Positions 59,501 to 64,000 of a stretch of DNA of 64,000 nucleotides are shown here, piece after piece. Numbering within the stretch: the first letter of the stretch is position 1; every line of letters starts with the position of its first letter. Position numbers and translations under genes: made by a program. The stretch comes from Amoebophrya sp. A120 (Eukaryota; Protista; Dinoflagellata): NCBI GenBank assembly GCA_905178155.1, contig CAJINV010000003.1, forward strand, positions 10,237,979 to 10,301,978, written 5' to 3'. Below the pieces are notes generated by a model. That model had not been told where the DNA came from and ran no database searches. It was given only the letters and a program-made list of their open reading frames with translations.

Positions 59501-62500
59501 CAAATTTTGAAAAGATGCTCTTTCTGCATCTTTTCAAATTTTGATAGGTGGCTGCTCACTCTCCAAATTTTGAAAAGATGCTGAAGGAGACATCTTTTCA
59601 AAATTTGACAACCTCAACAACGCAAGCACTTGCTTTGTTGAGGTTGTCAAAATTTGAAAAGATGTTTCCTTCAGCATCTTTTCAAAATTTGACAACCTTT
59701 TTGACAACCCCTTCGATGAGGTTAAAAAAGAGCTCATTAACTTGAGCTATTCCCCACGGTATGGCGGATTTTGATAAACCTTTTTGGCAACCCCTTTGAT
59801 GAACCTAGACAGAGAATTGCTGACGAGAGTTCAAGGCTTTAACTTGCGCTCCAGCTGGCGGGTCGCCAGATGGTAAGCAAAGCCGTGCCTCTGGCGACAC
59901 CTGTTTGCTTGCCTCTTTTGTGGCTCCGAAGATTGCGAAGATGCCCCCTCAGCAAGTTTGCGAATTTTGAAAGGCACGCAGAAGGGCAGGCTGCTCACCC
60001 TTTCCGCGGCTGTCGAAATTTGAAAAGATGCGCTGGTAGCATCTTTTCAAATTTTGGAAGCCACAGAAGACTGAGCTGGCCTCCCTTTGCGTGGTTTCCC
60101 AAATTTGAAAGGATGCTCCCTCGGCATCTTTTCAAATCCTGAAAACCAGCCAGCTGCCCTCCTCAACTGCGGCATGTCAAATTTGAAAAGATGCCCCTTC
60201 AGCATCTTTTCGAATCTTGGCAACCTCAGGACAGAAAACGGATCGGCTCTTCTGCGGCTTCGAAGATTGAAAAGATGCTTCTTGAGCATCTTTTCAAATT
60301 TTGAAAACCACAGACGAGTAAGCCGACCCCGTCTTCTGCGGCTTCAAAAATTGAAAAGATGCTCCTTCAGCATCTTTTCAAATTTTGAAAAGCACAGAAG
60401 AGCAGGCGACCCTCCTCTTTAGCGCCTTTTGAAATTCGAAGAGATGTTCCTTCAGCATCTTTTCAAATCCTGGAAACCACAGAAGAGTAAACTGCTCGGG
60501 TCTCTTGTGGCTTCGTTATGGAAAAGATGCTCCATACAGCCCCGGGCCTCGGGGCAGAAATAGAACAGCCCGGCTTGGCGCGTTTGCAAAGGCGGACGCG
60601 CAGCCGCCATCGAAGAGGCGCTGCGCGATAATCGGCGAGGGCGCCGAGCAATGAACTGGCCAAAATTTGAAAAGATGGGCGAAAAGGTGGAAATTTTAGG
60701 GCCTTCACTTAAGTGGTAAGCTCCGAGACGATTCCGGTTTACGATCCCAGTCCCCCCGCCCACCCTTTGCTTCTGTTGCAGAATAAGTCAAGCTGAGTCA
60801 CTACGGCCGCCACGCACAAACTAAGCCTTTAAGTTGTCGCTGTGCCCCAGGTGGGTTGCCAGTCAGCAGTGCCAAACAACTGGTCTATGGTTTGACAACT
60901 GTGGCCCGCTCGCTTGCCTTTTTCGTCCGTGCCGCAGGTAAGGCGCAAACGGTCCAGCCTCCCCTGTCCGGGCGGGGTTGCGGCTTAGGGGAGAGTGTCG
61001 CCCCTTAACCCAAAGGGGTGCGTCGTCTCTTCCGTGATAGCAAAAACGTATGGCGTAAAATGGGGCGGGTCCTGGATCATTCTGTATGTTGGGCTGTCGC
61101 GCCCGGCTTGCTGGCCGGGCTGTACTGATCAGGTGTGGTGGGTAGCTCCCGACTGGTTGGCACTTTTCTTGGGGCGACTTGCCGTGGTAGCGCTCGGCTT
61201 TTGTATGATGAGGTCGCCGAAAGTGCTTCCTCGCCCACCCCCCGGGGAGGGGATCCTTGACCTGTGGCGCTGGGAGCGGGTGTCCACTACATGATGATGA
61301 TGATTCTCAACTGTTGACGATGACGACAAGCCTGGATCAACTCCATTTCCGATCTGAAGTTGTCATTAGAAGTTGCGGTTTTATTTTTGTACCTATGTAT
61401 ATAAAAAAAAAAAAATTGTCAATGTCATGCAAAATTCCAACCAAAATCGACACGACGATCAAGCTGCTCCGCATGACAAATCCTCGAAAGGCCAAACAGG
61501 CTGAGAATCTGTGCCAAGTCTGTCATGCAAGACGCGCAAAGCCAAAGTCAGCCCAGCCCTTCACTTTTGCCATTCGTGCACCACAGATTCATGCGCGTGC
61601 ATCACAGATTCACGACCTGGTGGCCGAATCATGTGCGGTAAGGTGTCCTTACGGGTTGTGTAGCGGTTTCGGTCGGCTTAGCATCACAGATTCATGTAAC
61701 AGTTGAGAATGCAACAGCTGAGAGCGCCATAGAGAAGTGGCGCAGGAGAGCAATTCAGGCGTCGCAAATAACGTGACGCTAGAGAAGCAGCAGGTGTTGG
61801 ATAAGCGGTCCCTCGCAACCTTGGCAGACGCGCGCACGCAGAGCATGCTGCGCTCGCGTGCCACCCTGTCCGAAAGCAGCTTTGGCAGCCGGAGAAGCAG
61901 CTTTTCCACGTTGACGGCAATTGATTACATGCACGTCCACGTTTCGGCGGACCCCGTTCGTGAGGCGAAAGTAGTCACGCTGCTCCTCCTGTATGAATTT
62001 GGAAAAGCGCACCAGTGCTTTCAGGAGGTTTTTGCAGGAGGGCCGAGCTACAAGAGTGCAGCCAGCAGACATGGAAAGATGAACAAAGACGCGCAAGGCC
62101 GCGGTATTGATACCAGGGGGAACAAGGATCATCGGCTGTTCACTGCCGGCAGCGTGCCGCTGTTTTCCACCAATCAGAAGGGACTCTTTTTACGAAAAGT
62201 GGAATGCGCCGTTCGCTTCCCACCATTGTTCCACCTCATGGGCCTACAGCAAGCGCTGTCTAACTTTACGGTGAACCACCTTCAGCGAAAGCTTTACCAC
62301 TCAACCAGTCCTCTCGCGCCCTTTCCGCTCTTTGTGTTTCCGGAGGTCGCACGCGTGGCGCAATCCCGCAATACGACGCTTCTCCGGAAGCACCGGGTGG
62401 CGCAACTCTTCGGCGAGTACCTCCCCCAGCATAGCTTCTTCCAGAACACCAAGGCCGACCAGAAAACCCGCATTGTCTCCACCATTATTCCCTGTGGCGG

Positions 62501-64000
62501 CGGCCCACCGGACCCCCGAGTGCGCCCCACACTGCGCAGCGAGCCGATGCAACCCACGGACGCCTTAGCCTTCTCAGCAGTTGTGCTCTCTTCAGCCTCC
62601 GCCGCCTCACGGCGTTTCGGTCTTCTATCGAACAGACTTCCAGCCTCCTACGAGCAGAGGCCGTTCTTCGCGGGTGTTGGAACCCCGCCCGAGCCGGGAG
62701 GTGGACCGCCACCGAGGTCCTCCTCTTTTCTCGTCCAAGATCGTTCGACGTTTTCAATACTGACCAGTAGCAGCAATTTGTACGGTTCCTACGTCTCCTC
62801 CGTTTCGGAGTGCATGTCTCCACATTCTGAAGAAGCAGCTGGAGCTGGACTGCAAATGAGCGGGACTGATGCAGTCAGGGCGATTTCGTCAGAGGATCCG
62901 CGTTTTTTCAATGCGATTTGCTGTCTTTACCCCGCGATCCACCGCACAACGCTGACAGCCTGGTGCGCCACGAGCGTGTTGTTGAAGGCAACATTGGCAG
63001 AGGAGTATGCGCAGCGGCGGCAAAGACGCGAGCAGCGGCAACAGCGGCGGCAATCCCGGCTACTGGCACGGCGTCAGCGTGCAGAACAGATGGCGCGAGC
63101 GGAGCAGCTTCGCCACTTCGAGGCTGTTGGAGAATGTCAGCTAGCACCTCGGGCGGATATCCTCTACAAAAGTATCGCTCTCGTTCCCATTGCATTTGCA
63201 ATGCTGCGCGAGTACAGTTGTTGCTTCTTCGTTTTCATCGCTAAATAGCATCAGATTGCATACTTTTTTTTATTTTTTCTGGAAAAAATTAAAATTGAAT
63301 TTCAAATTCAAATAGATAATGCACCAGAAATTTGATTTTGTACTGGGGATGCGATACTCATACTTTTGCAATGCATACCGGACTACGTCGCTGATGGTGC
63401 ACCCCCATCGCAATTCCTGAATGGCGCTCTCCTTCCAGAGGCGGGAGTATCGAATGGAAATGGTGCATCTTCATCTTCCTGCGAAAAGCATCAGGGTCAT
63501 GGACAAACGCTACAACAGCAACACCATAGGCCTGTCGCCGGCGGTGTCATCAAGATCAAGTCCGCCGTGAGTATAACATCAAGAGGAAATGAGGTCGGTG
63601 AAGATTGCGGAAAGGAGCGCACAGAGAATAGGGATCTTGTCGGGCGCAGAGAAGGAGACTTGTTGGATTTTGCGTCCTCCGCTCATGCGCAGAAAGGAAA
63701 TCAAAATTCAGATTCTCTCCCTTTGGCTTTGGCGAAAGTCGTGCTTCAAAACAAAGAAAAAGTGTGCACTAGAAGTGCTAATGAGCGCGAGCCGCATTGC
63801 AATATTAAACAGGATGCCTTTATTACTTCGCCAAGAACCTGCCAGGGTCTTGGTCATGCACCAGCTGGGTCGGACTCGGACGTGGACGGGTTCAGTCAAG
63901 CGGCAAGAGGCATTCCAAATGGTCTGGTCCAAACATTGGAGACGGCACCAAGATACAGTGAACACCGTTCGACAGACGCGCTTGATGTAGTTCCGACGCG
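41553..64000 (+). CDS. ZFYVE26: Spastizin/ZFYVE26 (SPG15) homologue, >3,600 aa, 3' end beyond window; exons approx. 41553-44307, 46027-46460, 46678-48552, 49392-52641, 53610-54282, 61736-63157, 63383->64000
   Basis: N-terminal VCNYFSLGQTELARA (cf. spastizin LRRGEWELAQA), GPLLACLACL, YLRLLDRPVLIVESLLMN...LILGYARKALSL, WCLTGD...LRASHVYERAPSIELAESLL, IRDQLIRDDQLDLALELC. All proposed joins keep frame. Confidence 0.85.
44308..46026 (+). other. ZFYVE26 intron 1, non-canonical with CAG direct repeat, contains a Helitron copy
   Basis: gtatCAG|ac...gtaCAG|cc joins as LVSANRFPSTKINVFVQICSLCF. Degenerate IRs tgcaaagttcgtc/gacgatttgca and atcaaattg/caatttgat. Confidence 0.6.
44515..45657 (-). mobile_element. 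Non-autonomous Helitron-like family B, full-length copy
   Basis: Reverse-complement paralogue of 36962-38110 over its whole length, with the same hairpin + CTAGAT end. Confidence 0.75.
46461..46677 (+). other. ZFYVE26 intron 2 (tentative), CACGC direct repeat
   Basis: CACGC at 46456-46460 and 46673-46677 gives in-frame ADPRTTDLVMARVK. Other joins are possible. Confidence 0.4.
48553..49391 (+). other. ZFYVE26 intron 3, GC-AG register, bounded by TIRs
   Basis: tatcaatagaaaaaagct is inverted with agctttttgctgtttgata. Flanks AGGCCTA/AGCCCTA. The join is in frame to YAMSMNVV. Confidence 0.75.
52642..53609 (+). other. ZFYVE26 intron 4, GCAG direct repeat, degenerate IR
   Basis: GCAG at 52638-52641 and 53606-53609 is the repeat found that joins the two ORFs in frame (RSAGVRLAR). 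Confidence 0.5.
55234..56448. mobile_element. TIR element (~70-bp TIRs, GGCC ends) with internal TGCAATT foldback array
   Basis: ggccctcaggcgtccgggcccgggcca...ggcaatattccggcaatttt is inverted with aaaattgccgaaaaattgcc...tggcccgggtccggacgcctgatggcc. gctgcaatt/aattgcagc repeats at 55688-55990. Confidence 0.85.
58402..59692. repeat. 129-bp tandem satellite (~9.5 units), each unit two TTTGAAAAGATG-N9/10-CATCTTTTCAAA hairpins
   Basis: Unit starts at 58402, 58531, 58724 (after an extra half unit), 58853, 58982, 59111, 59240, 59369 and 59498. The array flips orientation at a hairpin near 59628. Confidence 0.95.
59925..60535. repeat. Diverged ~80-90-bp array of the same palindrome with variable linkers
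   Basis: tttgaaaagatgc..cttcagcatcttttcaaat recurs about 7 times. The linkers share gaaaccacaga...ctgcggcttc. Confidence 0.8.
63158..63382 (+). other. ZFYVE26 intron 6, non-canonical with CGGA direct repeat and IR
   Basis: CGGA at 63154-63157 and 63379-63382. IR caaaagtatcgc / gcgatactcatacttttg. It contains the in-frame stop at 63246, and the downstream frame is open to the window end. Confidence 0.65.

Larger units (their letters stand above)
58069..60708. mobile_element. TTAA-flanked TIR element (2.6 kb) carrying a palindromic satellite
   Basis: TTAA at 58065-58068 and 60709-60712. aggccctaaaa..tcca.ct.t.cgcccatcttttcaaa.ttt is inverted at both ends. Confidence 0.85.
54371..61302 (+). 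mobile_element. Decayed non-LTR (LINE-like) retrotransposon with 10-bp TSD and (ATG)n tail
   Basis: ATTCTCAACT at 54361-54370 and 61303-61312, with a 3' end actac(atg)4. RT-like remnants lie in one frame at ~57850-58005: KGNTSGHSSP..., SADD, AGLRVFCNKSKVV. Confidence 0.6.
54283..61735 (+). other. ZFYVE26 intron 5: 7.45-kb GT...GA TIR-bounded introner with GAGA direct repeat
   Basis: ~55-bp TIR tatggcgttctca..tgtt..cattctcaactgttacatga / tcatgtaacagttgagaatg..acagctgagagcgccata. GAGA at 54279-54282 and 61732-61735. The join reads GPREVAQESN. Confidence 0.85.

Noticed and set aside
58402-60535. CRISPR-like repeat-spacer appearance
   Set aside because: The linkers are identical or homologous to each other, the array lies inside a TIR element in a eukaryotic intron, and no cas genes are present.

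Overview
Eukaryotic, TE-dense genomic DNA. The intron style and gene content suggest an alveolate, most likely the parasitic syndinian dinoflagellate Amoebophrya (inference, not verified). Five spliced + strand genes can be rebuilt by hand: a LicD/fukutin-family nucleotidyltransferase (followed by a methyltransferase fragment), a 7-exon P2X receptor, mitochondrial TAM41, a lectin-like/Cys-rich protein, and a >3,600-aa ZFYVE26/spastizin that runs off the window end. Most of their introns lack a 3' AG (GT-CG, GT-GC, GT-AA, GT-CA, GT-GA) or have neither canonical end. They are instead bounded by 2-5 bp direct repeats and terminal inverted repeats, and removing the intron plus one repeat restores conserved protein motifs. 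Two such introns have grown to 8.6 kb and 7.5 kb through nested insertions. One holds a split-direct-repeat tyrosine-recombinase element with a CCCH ORF and no visible RT, itself interrupted by two TIR elements. The other holds a decayed LINE with a 10-bp TSD, interrupted by two TIR elements, one carrying a palindromic 129-bp satellite. Two non-autonomous Helitron-like families (5 copies) are also present. All exon joins are manual inferences without RNA data.
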